Source of the DNA: Minisyncoccota bacterium
Lineage (GTDB): Bacteria; Patescibacteriota; Minisyncoccia; Phycocordibacterales; UBA9973
NCBI GenBank assembly: GCA_041675085.1
Contig: JBAYUN010000002.1
Span: forward strand, 15,967 to 79,966
DNA: 64,000 nucleotides
Reading direction: 5' to 3'
Under the pieces are notes generated by a model. That model did not search any database and was not told the origin of the DNA. It was given only the letters and a program-made list of their open reading frames with translations. The translations under genes were made by a program, and so were the position numbers. Below, piece after piece: positions 50,701-59,725 of the stretch; within the stretch, counting starts at the first letter, position 1; each line of letters starts with the position of its first letter.

Positions 50701-51335
50701 AATTTAAACTTCACATACAAAGACAAGTCTTTCACATCTTCATAGCCTTGCGCGAGTTCATGAGAAGACAAAGTCGTCCCGCAACGAGGACACCAAGGCA
50801 CAACTTTATAATCTTTATAAATTAATTTTTGCTCATCTATTTTACCGACAACATTCCAAAGAGATTCAATATAATTATTCTCATAAGTTGCATAAGGATT
50901 TTCTTGATCTACCCAATACCCTATTCTCTTTGTAAAAGTATTCCAAAATTCTAAATATTCCCAAACGCTTTCTTTGCATTCACGATTGAACTTTGCGATA
51001 CCGTATTCTTCAATAGCTTTTTTAGAGTTTAGTCCGAGTTTCTTCTCTACTTGCAACTCTACAGGCAATCCGTGAGTGTCCCAACCTCCTTTGCGGCGCA
51101 CATAAAAACCTCGCATAGTTTTATATCGAGGGATCACATCTTTAAAAGCTCGAGCTTCGAGGTGATGAATTCCAGGTTTACCGTTGGCAGTAGGAGGACC
51201 TTCGTAAAATACGAATTCCTTTTCTCCTGCCCTACTTTGCATAGATTTTTGAAAGATTTGATTCTGTTCCCAGAACTCTAAAACTTTCTCTTCTCGCAAT
51301 GCACTTTCACTTTTTTGATTTTTATTTTCTTCCAT
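47775..51335 (-). CDS. ileS: isoleucyl-tRNA synthetase carrying an inserted histidine phosphatase (PGAM-like) domain
   Basis: Class I motifs PGIHHLE (HIGH-like), WTTTPWTLP, DVWFDSG and KMSKSQGN. The internal domain of about 210 aa has RHGQTENN, IISSPYYRTLETS and ILFVTHGG histidine-phosphatase signatures. 1186 aa with no stop codons. Confidence 0.85.
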   Translation of the reverse strand: MEENKNQKSESALREEKVLEFWEQNQIFQKSMQSRAGEKEFVFYEGPPTANGKPGIHHLEARAFKDVIPRYKTMRGFYVRRKGGWDTHGLPVELQVEKKLGLNSKKAIEEYGIAKFNRECKESVWEYLEFWNTFTKRIGYWVDQENPYATYENNYIESLWNVVGKIDEQKLIYKDYKVVPWCPRCGTTLSSHELAQGYEDVKDLSLYVKFKLKNKNNIPVGSLSEPAGSALTLGSSACERPEQENIFVNTFILAWTTTPWTLPGNVALAVGKDIDYVKVKKGEDFFILAEARISLLGEGFEIIEKFKGSELVGLEYEPLFPYLESTISDSEKPKLEKAFKVYGADFVTTEDGTGVVHTAVMYGADDFDLGTEIGLPKHHVVNLEGKFIQGMDFLSGRFVKEKDESGKPTLDVDIIKYLQEKNLFFHKELYEHSYPHCWRCKTALIYYARDSWYIRMTDKNIKERMIEENKTINWEPLHTREGRFGEWLAGIKDWAISRERYWGTPLPIWVSEDKETLVVDSIATLKKYTKKSNNKYFVMRHGQTENNTKNIVSTKIEKGSILTDLGKEATRVSAESLKDKNIDLIISSPYYRTLETSKIIATVLNLKEEDILTDVRIGEMQVLSYEGKNWDDYHKDYPKTLENFDKKNQGDESYKDVQTRVMDFLFDIENKYQDKNILFVTHGGPAWLMYSGSENLSLAETLELINSKKDFHYLANSEFSTLDFVPFPHDEKFALDLHRPYVDEVVLERDGKEYKRIKDVMDVWFDSGAMPFAQDHYPFENKERIEGVGYPADYISEAIDQTRGWFYTLHAVGTLMGRGKAYKNVICLGHLLDAKGKKMSKSQGNIVEPFSMIEKYGVDTLRLWMYSVNQPGESKNFDEKTVAILHSQVFGLLYNVLAFYELYRDRDLEKNEFTQSANILDQWILAKLGELVELSTLELDNYKVLEPARALRDFIGDLSTWYLRRNRDRIKDGDMEAKQTLYFVLKNLVKIMAPFTPFASEDIWLKLRNNADAESVHLAEWPTGQVLGSSVEVIEKMQIVRDLVSTGLQMRQKNNLPVRQPLASFTVTNKDLNAEFLEIIKDELNVKAILFGEEINLDINITSELKEEGLYREFLRSIQDSRKKEGLIPSDMITLFIETDSTGENIVKKFEDDFKKVAGIREISFESNDGIEVKVGELVFKIKIQK

Positions 51336-51521
51336 AATTTTAAAAATAGTTAATAAAAAAACTCGTCCTTAAATTACAACATAAAGTTATAATTCAAGGA
51401 CGAGTTTCAAGCCCGTGGTACCACCTTGTTTGCTTCTTAATTTATAGGGTTCTACGCTTTTTACAAAGTTTCTTCCCAAAGCTCCAGAGTGATAGCTCCT
51501 TCAACGCTTATAAACAGAATA
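51336..51521 (-). promoter_or_regulatory. T-box riboswitch leader (probably Ile-specific) upstream of ileS
   Basis: The minus-strand leader contains AAGGUGGUACCACGGG (T-box consensus AGGGUGGNACCGCG). This is followed by a 17-bp terminator hairpin (aaactcgtccttgaatt…aatttaaggacgagttt) plus a U7 run immediately before the ATG. A candidate specifier GCUAUCA (AUC=Ile) lies in the 5' stem region. Confidence 0.6.
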
Positions 51522-53294
51522 CTACATTCTCTCTGGACTTTCAATACCTAAAAGATAAAGTCCGTTTTGCATGATGCGAGTAAAGGCTACCGTGAGGGCG
51601 AGTTTGTACGGAGACTCAGAGTCTTCGGTATTTACTATTTGATTATTCCCGTAGAAATTATTGAAGTTATGAGCGAGTTCTATTAGATAATGAGTTATAT
51701 AATGTGGAGCGTATTCGTTTTGAGCGCGAGATACAATTTCTGGGAATTTGTATAATATTTTTTCAATTTCTAAAATCTCTTGTTTGTCTGTAGCAGTAGC
51801 CTCTTTGATATTTTCTCTTTTAGCTTTTTCTAAAATAGAGTTAGCGCGAGCAAAAGAATATTGCAAATACGGACCTGAATCCCCTTCGAAAGAAATAGAC
51901 TTTTCAAAATCATAAATAATATCTCCTCCGATAGCTTGACGCAAAATAGAAAACTTCAAGGCTCCTACTCCGACAGAATTCGCAACTTTTTGCTTCTCAT
52001 CATCATCCCAATCCCTGTCTTTTACTTTCTCTAGGATAGAATCTGAGACGTCTTTGATAAGAGATTCCCCAGTAATGATATTCCCTTTTCTAGAACTCAT
52101 CTTGCCTGTAGCGAACCGTAGCATGCCGTGAGTTATATGCTTCATACGGGATTCGTATTCTGGGTGAATTAGAGAAATAGCTTTTGAGACAACTTTCATA
52201 TATTCACCTTGCTCAATAGCAGTAATCACAATAGAAGTATCCGGATTTTCTTTTTCAAATTTTGTCACAGTGAGCCCTATCTCTTTGGTCTCATAAGTAG
52301 GCAAACCTTCACTATTTATGAAGACACGTGTGTGGAGTTTCGGATCATATTTCTCTCCATGGAAAACTATCGCGCCGTTAGACTCTTCAAATACTTTAGC
52401 ACCGTTCTCGCCTAAATTCTTATTCACTATCTCGCGACCACGTTCGGCCATAGCGCTCTCAAAGAAATAGTGCTTGAACTTTGTACCCAAGACTTTATAT
52501 ATAGTCTCAAAAGCTTCAAGCGTAATAACTCTACCTAACATGTAGATCTCATTTATTTTCTCGTCTGACTTTTCATAAACTTGTTTGTTGATTTTATTTA
52601 TTTCTTTTTTAATCTCCTCATCTTCTTCGTACAAATTCGAAGCGAAAGAATAACATTCACCGATATATAGAGCTTGTTCGTTTACAGACTTAGATACGTC
52701 TGGCATACCTTTTTGCAAGATTCCATAAATTGCTTTCGCTACGTGAAGCCCGACGTCACCTTGGTAGTTGGCACGGATTGTCTCGGCTCCAGAGTATTCT
52801 ACGAGACGAGAGAGGGATTCCCCTATCGCATTACTCATCAAATGCCCAATATGAAAAGGCTTGAAAGGATTCGGGTCGGTATATTCTACCATGATTATCT
52901 CACCTTCTTTTGAATTATTTTTACCAAATTTTTCATCTTCAAGAATTTCATTTAAAGAATTAATAAAGAATTTCTTAGATAAATAGAAATTAATAAATCC
53001 AGGACCCGCAACTTCTATTTGTGCAATAGATTCCTCAAGGTCGGACCTTGGGGCTTCTTTAAGGTCCGACCTTAAAAATTCAACTATTTTTTCTGCTAAT
53101 TCACGTGGATTAGTTTTACTTTCTTTCGCAAATACCATAGCTACATTCGTAGAAAAATCCCCCATTTTTAAATCAGCTGGATGCTCCACAGAAAAAGAAG
53201 CCTCGCTGTTTATATCAAGTTTTTTTAAAGCCTCTTTTATTAAATTTTCTAACTTTGTTTTTATGTTCATTTTATTTATGCCCTGTTGTGCCAA
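51522..53294 (-). CDS. argS: arginyl-tRNA synthetase
   Basis: Arg_tRNA_synt_N region …IEVAGPGFINFYL, HIGH as PFKPFHIGHL, and the C-terminal DALR domain. The start is possibly the internal MNIKTKL (about 53270). Confidence 0.85.
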   Translation of the reverse strand: MAQQGINKMNIKTKLENLIKEALKKLDINSEASFSVEHPADLKMGDFSTNVAMVFAKESKTNPRELAEKIVEFLRSDLKEAPRSDLEESIAQIEVAGPGFINFYLSKKFFINSLNEILEDEKFGKNNSKEGEIIMVEYTDPNPFKPFHIGHLMSNAIGESLSRLVEYSGAETIRANYQGDVGLHVAKAIYGILQKGMPDVSKSVNEQALYIGECYSFASNLYEEDEEIKKEINKINKQVYEKSDEKINEIYMLGRVITLEAFETIYKVLGTKFKHYFFESAMAERGREIVNKNLGENGAKVFEESNGAIVFHGEKYDPKLHTRVFINSEGLPTYETKEIGLTVTKFEKENPDTSIVITAIEQGEYMKVVSKAISLIHPEYESRMKHITHGMLRFATGKMSSRKGNIITGESLIKDVSDSILEKVKDRDWDDDEKQKVANSVGVGALKFSILRQAIGGDIIYDFEKSISFEGDSGPYLQYSFARANSILEKAKRENIKEATATDKQEILEIEKILYKFPEIVSRAQNEYAPHYITHYLIELAHNFNNFYGNNQIVNTEDSESPYKLALTVAFTRIMQNGLYLLGIESPERM

Positions 53295-53700
53295 AACCTC
53301 CTCGGTCGGTAGCTTCCATATTCTCTACTTCTTCCCATTCTGGAATTTCAATTTTAACAAAAGCTCCCTGACCAATACGTTCCCCTTTTTCGACTACTAC
53401 GTCAGTATCAGTAATATTATAAACTTGGAGCAATATCTCATCAGTATCTCCACAATAGTCAGTATCAATATATCCAGTACTTACTAGCAGTCCTTTTTTC
53501 TTTAAAGTACTTGATCGGTCCTTTATTTCTAGCATATAACCTTTGGGTATTGCAATGATTACATTAGTCGGCAATCTCTCTAAAGTTTTAGGCGGGATAG
53601 TGATATCAATACGTGAGTACAAGTCAAAAGCCACAGCGCCAATAGTCTGATATGCTGGCATTGGTAAACTTTTATCTATTCTTTTGATTTTAACTTTCAT
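53272..53700 (-). CDS. dut: dUTP diphosphatase
   Basis: dUTPase motifs AVAFDLYS, GLLVSTGYIDTDYCG and RGGFGTTG. Confidence 0.8.
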   Translation of the reverse strand: MKVKIKRIDKSLPMPAYQTIGAVAFDLYSRIDITIPPKTLERLPTNVIIAIPKGYMLEIKDRSSTLKKKGLLVSTGYIDTDYCGDTDEILLQVYNITDTDVVVEKGERIGQGAFVKIEIPEWEEVENMEATDRGGFGTTGHK

Positions 53701-53735
53701 AACTTTACAATAGCATAAATTATCTAGAATTTAAA

Positions 53736-54272
53736 TTAAAACAATTCTTTAATAATTTTATTATACATTTCAAAATAATCATCAGAATAAAATCTTGGTA
53801 TTACTTTTCCTTTCATTTCTTCTGAAAAGTTTTTAATTTCTTCTAAAGAAAACTTTCTAAATCCCAAACCAGCACCTTCTTCTATTTTAAATTCTTCTAA
53901 ATTTCCTTCACATATTCCTGCGAAAATGCATCTAAAAGCATTATTCTGTGTTTTTGTATTTGGATCAAAGCTTTCTCTATATTGTTTTTCAATAAATTTT
54001 ATTGTTACTTTAATTCCTGTTTCTTCTAAAAGTTCCCTTTGGGCACATTCTTGGTATGATTCATATTTTGTATCTACATGACCACCCACAGTAACATCAT
54101 AAAAACCAGGCCAAGTATCTTGATGATCTCCTCTTTTTTGAAAAATAAATTCTTGGTTTGGTGTCACCAACCAAACATGTATCTCTCGATGTTTTAAACC
54201 ATTTTGGTGAATTATTTTTCTTTCTTCTTCACCTATTATTTCATCTTGTTCATTTACTATTGGGATTTTCAT
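53736..54272 (-). CDS. NUDIX hydrolase
   Basis: Nudix box GGHVDTKYESYQECAQRELLEETGI. Confidence 0.75.
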   Translation of the reverse strand: MKIPIVNEQDEIIGEEERKIIHQNGLKHREIHVWLVTPNQEFIFQKRGDHQDTWPGFYDVTVGGHVDTKYESYQECAQRELLEETGIKVTIKFIEKQYRESFDPNTKTQNNAFRCIFAGICEGNLEEFKIEEGAGLGFRKFSLEEIKNFSEEMKGKVIPRFYSDDYFEMYNKIIKELF

Positions 54273-54275
54273 ATT

Positions 54276-55091
54276 TTAAACTTTCAACTTAATATTAAAA
54301 GAAACAGTCAACGACTCTTTTGGTTTTATTATTGTTGGCTCTAGTATTATACCTCCTATATCATGCATCACCGGTTCTATACAAACAAAGTCTTTATCTG
54401 ACATAGACCAAACCCAAATCTTTTTATACTCTTTATCTATCGTGAATATTAAAGTTCCGAGTTCTGGAATATAAACTTCCAAAGGTATATTTGGATTATC
54501 TATAGATACAGCTTTACCATTCGCCCATTTTTCAATATTTTCTTTTACAAAATCTCCACCCGGGAAATTAAATTCTATATTTTGTTTTTGTGCATTAGCA
54601 ACTTTAAAATAAGGATGCAGCCCGCTAGAGATAGGCATTTCTTGATTTTCATTTAAATTCTGAATATTTTTAGTTAAAGTAAAAGAACTGTCTTCTTCTA
54701 AGACTCCACTTATGGTCAATTTAAAATCATGAGGATAAACACTTTTTGTATTTTCATCAGAAATTAAAGTCTCAGAAAAACTATTTTCTTTATTTTCAGA
54801 ACTCCATTTTATATCTCTAGCAAAACCATGTTGTTTTAAATTAATATACTCTTCCGTCTTTATCTCTTCTGGAATAGGACCAGCATTAGGAAAAAGTATT
54901 GGTATACCTCCTCTAACACTAGCGTCTTTGTTTTTAAAAGTCTCATGATCTAAATATAAAATCTCTGCTCCATTTAGTTTTAAAGAAGTAATTATTCCAC
55001 CTCTTTCAGAAGAAAAAGAAACTTCTCCCTTATTAGGAGTTTGAATTTTTTCTATTTTGGGAGATTGACTAGGTATTTCAAATTTATTCAT
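54276..55091 (-). CDS. aldose 1-epimerase family protein (YeaD/hexose-6-phosphate mutarotase-like)
   Basis: RGGIPILFPNAG motif and an all-β length profile. Confidence 0.6.
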   Translation of the reverse strand: MNKFEIPSQSPKIEKIQTPNKGEVSFSSERGGIITSLKLNGAEILYLDHETFKNKDASVRGGIPILFPNAGPIPEEIKTEEYINLKQHGFARDIKWSSENKENSFSETLISDENTKSVYPHDFKLTISGVLEEDSSFTLTKNIQNLNENQEMPISSGLHPYFKVANAQKQNIEFNFPGGDFVKENIEKWANGKAVSIDNPNIPLEVYIPELGTLIFTIDKEYKKIWVWSMSDKDFVCIEPVMHDIGGIILEPTIIKPKESLTVSFNIKLKV

Positions 55092-55094
55092 ATT

Positions 55095-55793
55095 TTATTT
55101 AACCACTTTTTTAACTATCTTATAAACTTCTTCATGTATATCTTCTCTTGTTCTCATATCTTTATCTTTTGCACAATCTACTTTTACAAAATTTGGTAAA
55201 TAAGTAGAGAGCCACAACGCACTCGCTCGAGAATTTTTTTGAAAATCTACGTCTACTTCATGTACATCTTTTTTATTACCAGCATAATTCCTCTTTGAAT
55301 TCTTGTTACGTTCTTTCATCATTTTAATTGATAAAGGTAATGGAACAGAAAGATATACTACTAAATCTGGACGAGGAATCTTAAATACTCCATATTCCAT
55401 TTCATCTAACCATTTTAAAAATTCAGCTCTCTTCTTTGCATTTTTAATTTTGCCTCCTTGGTGAATCTGATTTGCAGATACATACCTATCTAATACAACA
55501 ACAAAACCATCATCCAACCATTTTTTAATCATCTGACTAGATTCAAAGCGATCAGCAGCATACAATACAGAGACTATTTTTGGATGCACATTGATGAAAT
55601 TATAATATTGCTCGGTCAGACAATGTCCAATAAATCCTCCAAAGAAATTATCATATTCTGGAAAATGCATATTCTTAACCTTCAACCCTTCACTTTTAAA
55701 CTTCTTTAAAAGAAAATCAATTTGGGTAGATTTCCCGCTCCCGTCTGCTCCGTCTATGACTATCAGTTTGCCTTTAGTTTTTTTCTTTAACAT
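55095..55793 (-). CDS. tmk: thymidylate kinase
   Basis: P-loop IVIDGADGSGKST, DRY-like DRYVSAN and a lid region. Confidence 0.8.
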   Translation of the reverse strand: MLKKKTKGKLIVIDGADGSGKSTQIDFLLKKFKSEGLKVKNMHFPEYDNFFGGFIGHCLTEQYYNFINVHPKIVSVLYAADRFESSQMIKKWLDDGFVVVLDRYVSANQIHQGGKIKNAKKRAEFLKWLDEMEYGVFKIPRPDLVVYLSVPLPLSIKMMKERNKNSKRNYAGNKKDVHEVDVDFQKNSRASALWLSTYLPNFVKVDCAKDKDMRTREDIHEEVYKIVKKVVK

Positions 55794-56379
55794 AACTATA
55801 CTTTAGCAAATTTCTCCTTCTATACAAAACAATAATAATCTCAACAACACATCCTAACAAGAAATACAATGCGAAACCATAATTCACAAAGTTAAAAGTC
55901 GCAATAGTCAACAAAGAAAGCATAGAATTAAAAATCCCTGACATATAAGGTGCGAGGTTTTCAGAATCTGGGAATTTCCAAGATTTTATATAAGTAGGAA
56001 CAAAGGCGATCAGATCTACTAATACAGCAAAAAGAGTCGCGACAGCTCCTTGCTTGAAGTAAAGCCAAGCCACAAGAGAGCAAAAAGCAAAAAACAAGCA
56101 AAGATAATCCAAGCTTCCTAATTCCCAATACGCATTCTTATTCTTAAAACTTGCTAAGAAAATTAATAGTGAAGTAAACCCAGAAACAAATAAAGGTAAA
56201 GCTGCCCAAGATCCTCCTTCAAAAAATAAAATTATCGAAGCGATAAAAGGTGCGAGGAACCATATAAACCAAGATACTCTATTTGGCTTGGTCTCACCAC
56301 GCAAGGTATCTCGTATATATACATAACTCGATAGAGTCGAGTTGATTATAGAAAAATAAACAATATAAAAAGGAAACAT
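55774..56379 (-). CDS. hypothetical polytopic membrane protein
   Basis: 201 aa, 5-6 transmembrane helices, no motif. Confidence 0.4.
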   Translation of the reverse strand: MFPFYIVYFSIINSTLSSYVYIRDTLRGETKPNRVSWFIWFLAPFIASIILFFEGGSWAALPLFVSGFTSLLIFLASFKNKNAYWELGSLDYLCLFFAFCSLVAWLYFKQGAVATLFAVLVDLIAFVPTYIKSWKFPDSENLAPYMSGIFNSMLSLLTIATFNFVNYGFALYFLLGCVVEIIIVLYRRRNLLKYSYVKEKN

Positions 56380-56424
56380 GTTTTTATTTTACCATAAACA
56401 AACTTTAAAATTTTCTTAGTATAA

Positions 56425-56955
56425 TTATAATTCTATATTAAGTTTTTTAAAATAAGCTCGTTTTTTAGATAGACCAGTACCTAGTTCTAGATTATTTCTC
56501 AAAGCAAATGACTCTATTTTATCTTCGGCATTTTTCACGTCTGCCTCATTGTCTACCATGAGTTCTATCTCCCCTACTTGATATCCAAAATCTGTCTCAT
56601 CTATATCAATACTAAAATCTTCTTTTTTATATTTCTTTCTTACTGTTCTATATTCTATAGCAGATATTAAAGTTTCATTAATGAATTCTTGCAAATCAGA
56701 AGTATTAAAATATTCCTTTATCTTCTCAATATCCTCTATTTCTTCGTGAATACCAGAGCCAGATTGTATCTTTAATTCAAAACGTCCGTTTCTTTTACGT
56801 AAAGCAATATCACCTTTCAAGAACCTATAATCAGGATAGTCATAATAAATATCATGATTAGTAACTTCACCTAAAAATTCTGCATCTGTTAAAAGCATCT
56901 TTAGATTTTCTTCGGTAGGTATGAACTTTTTTTCAACTTCAATCATGTTAGACAA
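56425..56955 (-). CDS. CYTH-domain protein (class IV adenylyl cyclase/triphosphatase fold)
   Basis: N-terminal EVEKKF (ExExK) and later acidic β-strands typical of the CYTH tunnel. Confidence 0.6.
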   Translation of the reverse strand: MSNMIEVEKKFIPTEENLKMLLTDAEFLGEVTNHDIYYDYPDYRFLKGDIALRKRNGRFELKIQSGSGIHEEIEDIEKIKEYFNTSDLQEFINETLISAIEYRTVRKKYKKEDFSIDIDETDFGYQVGEIELMVDNEADVKNAEDKIESFALRNNLELGTGLSKKRAYFKKLNIEL

Positions 56956-58204
56956 ATTTCTTTGGTATTGGGTGTTTAAGAGCTAGCTTTTTAATCTCAG
57001 CTTTGATTTTATTTTTTATTTTTTTATTATCTTTATTTTTTAGAGTTTCGATCATAAGCTCGGCGACTCTTTTACAGTCACTCTCTTTAAATCCTCTTGT
57101 AGTTATCGCCGGAGTACCGAAACGAATTCCTGAAGGGTCGAGTGGCTTCCTCGTATCCCCAGCGATAGAATTCATATTCAAAGTTATATTCACTTCGTCG
57201 AGGACCGTCTGCGCTTCTTTACCAGTAACCCCAAGAGATCCGTACACATCAGCCAGTATCAAATGATTCTCTGTGCCTCCAGCTATCATACGAATCTTAT
57301 TTTTCTTAAAAACTTCTGCCATAGCTTTCGCGTTCTTTAAAACTTGTTTGGCATAGATTTTAAACTTTGGACTAAGTGCTTCTCCGAAGGCAACGGCTTT
57401 CGCAGCGATAGTATGCATATGCGGACCGCCTTGGATTCCAGGAAAAATAGCTTTATCTATTTTTTTCGCAAGCTCTTCATCCTCGCGAGTAAGTATTATT
57501 CCACCTCTTGGACCTCGGAGAGTCTTGTGAGTTGTACTTGTGATAATATCGAAGCCGTCAGAGAAAGGATTCCTTAATGCCCCACCCGCTATAAGTCCGG
57601 CGATATGAGCCATATCTGCGACTGTGATAGCTCCGACTTCACGCGCAATCTCAACAAACTTTTTATAATTTAAATTTTTAGGATAAGCCGAGAATCCAGC
57701 AAGGATAATTTTCGGTTTATGCTTAATTGCCATATTACGCAAATCTTCATAATCTATCTCCCCTGTATCAGGATTACTCATTTTATAAGTTACAAATTTA
57801 TATATCTGCGCAGGCAGAGTCATAGGATGTCCGTGAGTCAAATGCCCTCCATGAGAGAGATCCATACCGAGCACAGTGTCACCAGGAGATAAAATAGCAG
57901 AATACACAGCCAAGTTTGCCGGAGCACCAGAGTGAGCCTGCACGTTGGCAAATTTGCATTTAAATAATTTCTTGATTCTCTCTATAGCGAGATTCTCTAC
58001 CGCGTCGGTGTATTCTTGTCCGCCGTAGTATCGGCGTCCTGGATAACCTTCAGAATATTTATTAGTAAAGATAGAGCCGTTAGCAATCAACACATCCTCG
58101 GATACGTAGTTCTCAGAAGGTATTAATTCTAGTCCTTCGGCTTGCCTTTTGGCTTCTAGTTTAATAAGTTGTGCTACTTTTTTATCTTTCATTTTTGCTT
58201 GCAT
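56948..58204 (-). CDS. glyA: serine hydroxymethyltransferase
   Basis: LIPSENYVS…GYPGRRYYGG…TTHKTLRGPRGG (PLP-lysine region). Confidence 0.9.
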   Translation of the reverse strand: MQAKMKDKKVAQLIKLEAKRQAEGLELIPSENYVSEDVLIANGSIFTNKYSEGYPGRRYYGGQEYTDAVENLAIERIKKLFKCKFANVQAHSGAPANLAVYSAILSPGDTVLGMDLSHGGHLTHGHPMTLPAQIYKFVTYKMSNPDTGEIDYEDLRNMAIKHKPKIILAGFSAYPKNLNYKKFVEIAREVGAITVADMAHIAGLIAGGALRNPFSDGFDIITSTTHKTLRGPRGGIILTREDEELAKKIDKAIFPGIQGGPHMHTIAAKAVAFGEALSPKFKIYAKQVLKNAKAMAEVFKKNKIRMIAGGTENHLILADVYGSLGVTGKEAQTVLDEVNITLNMNSIAGDTRKPLDPSGIRFGTPAITTRGFKESDCKRVAELMIETLKNKDNKKIKNKIKAEIKKLALKHPIPKKFV

Positions 58205-59052
58205 TCTTTTATTCTATCACAGGTAAATACTATTGTCCCTAGAGTATCCGTACGCAAGATTTCGACCCCAAAACTCTCTAAAATAGACAGGATTTCTTTA
58301 TGAGGGTGCCCATAGCTATTACCTTGCCCTCTCGAAATGACGGCGTACTTAGGTCGTACTTTTTCCAAGAATTCTTTACTTGTAGAAGTCCGGGACCCAT
58401 GATGACCTATTTTTAAAATATCACTTCTTAAATACTCTTCATTGTACTTCTCTAAGACTATCTCTTCAGTTCTTGTGGTAGCGTCTCCAGTCAGCATAAT
58501 AGTCGACTCTCCGTAAACAAGTCGAGCGACAATAGAGCCGTCATTATTATCCCAAATAGATACATCTCGATCAGGAAATAAAATCTCAATATACGCTCCC
58601 CCGCCGATATCTATCCGCGTACCCGCCCGAGCGAGCACTCGTTTAGTATTTTGAGACTTTATTTCTTTTTCAATACTTTTATAAATAGTAGAGTCATTAT
58701 AAGTCCCCGGCTCGAATACGACATCAACTTTATAATTTTTCAAAATATCTAAAAATCCTCCAATATGATCTAGGTCTGGATTTGTGATTATTAGCATGTC
58801 GATACTTTTATCATAAAAAGGAATTAACTTTGAAAGCTCGCTCAAAGTTTTCTTGTCGCGACCGCCGTCTATCACAATCTGCAGACCGCTCGGAGATTCA
58901 ATAAAAAGAGCATCTCCCTGACCCACATCAAGTATAGCGAAAGTCAGATTAGGTTCTTTCTTGATAGAAGTTAAATAAAAGAGTACAAAGACAAAAAATA
59001 ACAAAAATAGAAATATATAAAATAAACCACATTTTTCTAAGCTGTCTCGCAT
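58189..59052 (-). CDS. ComEC C-terminal-type metallo-β-lactamase domain protein (stand-alone)
   Basis: N-terminal transmembrane anchor, then ILDVGQGDA…DHIGG…HHGS…GHP MBL metal ligands as in the ComEC/Rec2 lactamase domain. Confidence 0.7.
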   Translation of the reverse strand: MRDSLEKCGLFYIFLFLLFFVFVLFYLTSIKKEPNLTFAILDVGQGDALFIESPSGLQIVIDGGRDKKTLSELSKLIPFYDKSIDMLIITNPDLDHIGGFLDILKNYKVDVVFEPGTYNDSTIYKSIEKEIKSQNTKRVLARAGTRIDIGGGAYIEILFPDRDVSIWDNNDGSIVARLVYGESTIMLTGDATTRTEEIVLEKYNEEYLRSDILKIGHHGSRTSTSKEFLEKVRPKYAVISRGQGNSYGHPHKEILSILESFGVEILRTDTLGTIVFTCDRIKECKQK

Positions 59053-59068
59053 GCTATAATATTAACAT

Positions 59069-59674
59069 ATGAAACAATTTCAAGAACAAAAATGGGACAT
59101 AGGAGCATTAAAAGGCATAAGCGCTAAAAACATAGAAGAACATTTAAAACTCTATGCAGGATATGTGAAAAACACAAATGATATTTTAGGGAAAATAAAA
59201 GAGTACAGAGGTTACGTAGCCGAAGACTCTTTTGCTCCATACGTCATCAACGAACTATATCGTCGATTTTCTTTTGAATACAACGGTATGAAGAATCATG
59301 AGATATATTTCGACTCCTTAGAAGGCGGAGGTGTCGCGTTAAATACAGAAAGTATTTTGTATAAAAAAATAGTGGAGGATTTTGGTAGTTATGAAAAATT
59401 CTTGGAAGATTTTAAAACTCTAGCTCTGACGAGAGGTATAGGTTGGGCAACTCTCTGGTACAACAAAGAGAGAGATATGCTGCTTACCTCTTGGATAGAC
59501 GAGCAACATTTAGGTCAACTCAATAATACTACTATGATCCTCGGTATCGATATGTGGGAACATGCATACGTCTACGACTATCCTACCAGCGAGAAAAAGA
59601 AATACGTAGAAGCTTTTTTTGAAAACTTAAATTGGAGTAAAATTGAAAAAAATTTTACTGATGCTTTAAAATAA
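59069..59674 (+). CDS. sodA: Fe/Mn-family superoxide dismutase (divergent N-terminal region)
   Basis: C-terminal DMWEHAYVYDY and NLNWSKIEKNF are diagnostic. NGMKNHEIYF is the second His ligand. The N-terminal HHxKHH box is altered (EEHLKLY). Confidence 0.7.
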   Translation: MKQFQEQKWDIGALKGISAKNIEEHLKLYAGYVKNTNDILGKIKEYRGYVAEDSFAPYVINELYRRFSFEYNGMKNHEIYFDSLEGGGVALNTESILYKKIVEDFGSYEKFLEDFKTLALTRGIGWATLWYNKERDMLLTSWIDEQHLGQLNNTTMILGIDMWEHAYVYDYPTSEKKKYVEAFFENLNWSKIEKNFTDALK

Positions 59675-59691
59675 ATACGTATAAAAGTTTT

Positions 59692-59725
59692 AAAGCCCAG
59701 AAATCACGAAGTGATTTCTGGGCTT
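59692..59725 (+). terminator. stem-loop after sodA
   Basis: aagcccagaaatcac-gaa-gtgatttctgggctt perfect 15-bp hairpin with a weak T-run. Confidence 0.55.

Noticed and set aside
47775-51335. Possibility that the long ileS ORF is two fused genes (assembly artefact) or contains an intein
   Set aside because: There are no stop codons or frame breaks across both junctions. The inserted segment has histidine-phosphatase motifs, not intein splicing blocks (no C/S…HN…C/S/T boundary pattern). The IleS motifs resume in register. Kept as a genuine domain insertion, pending read-level confirmation.
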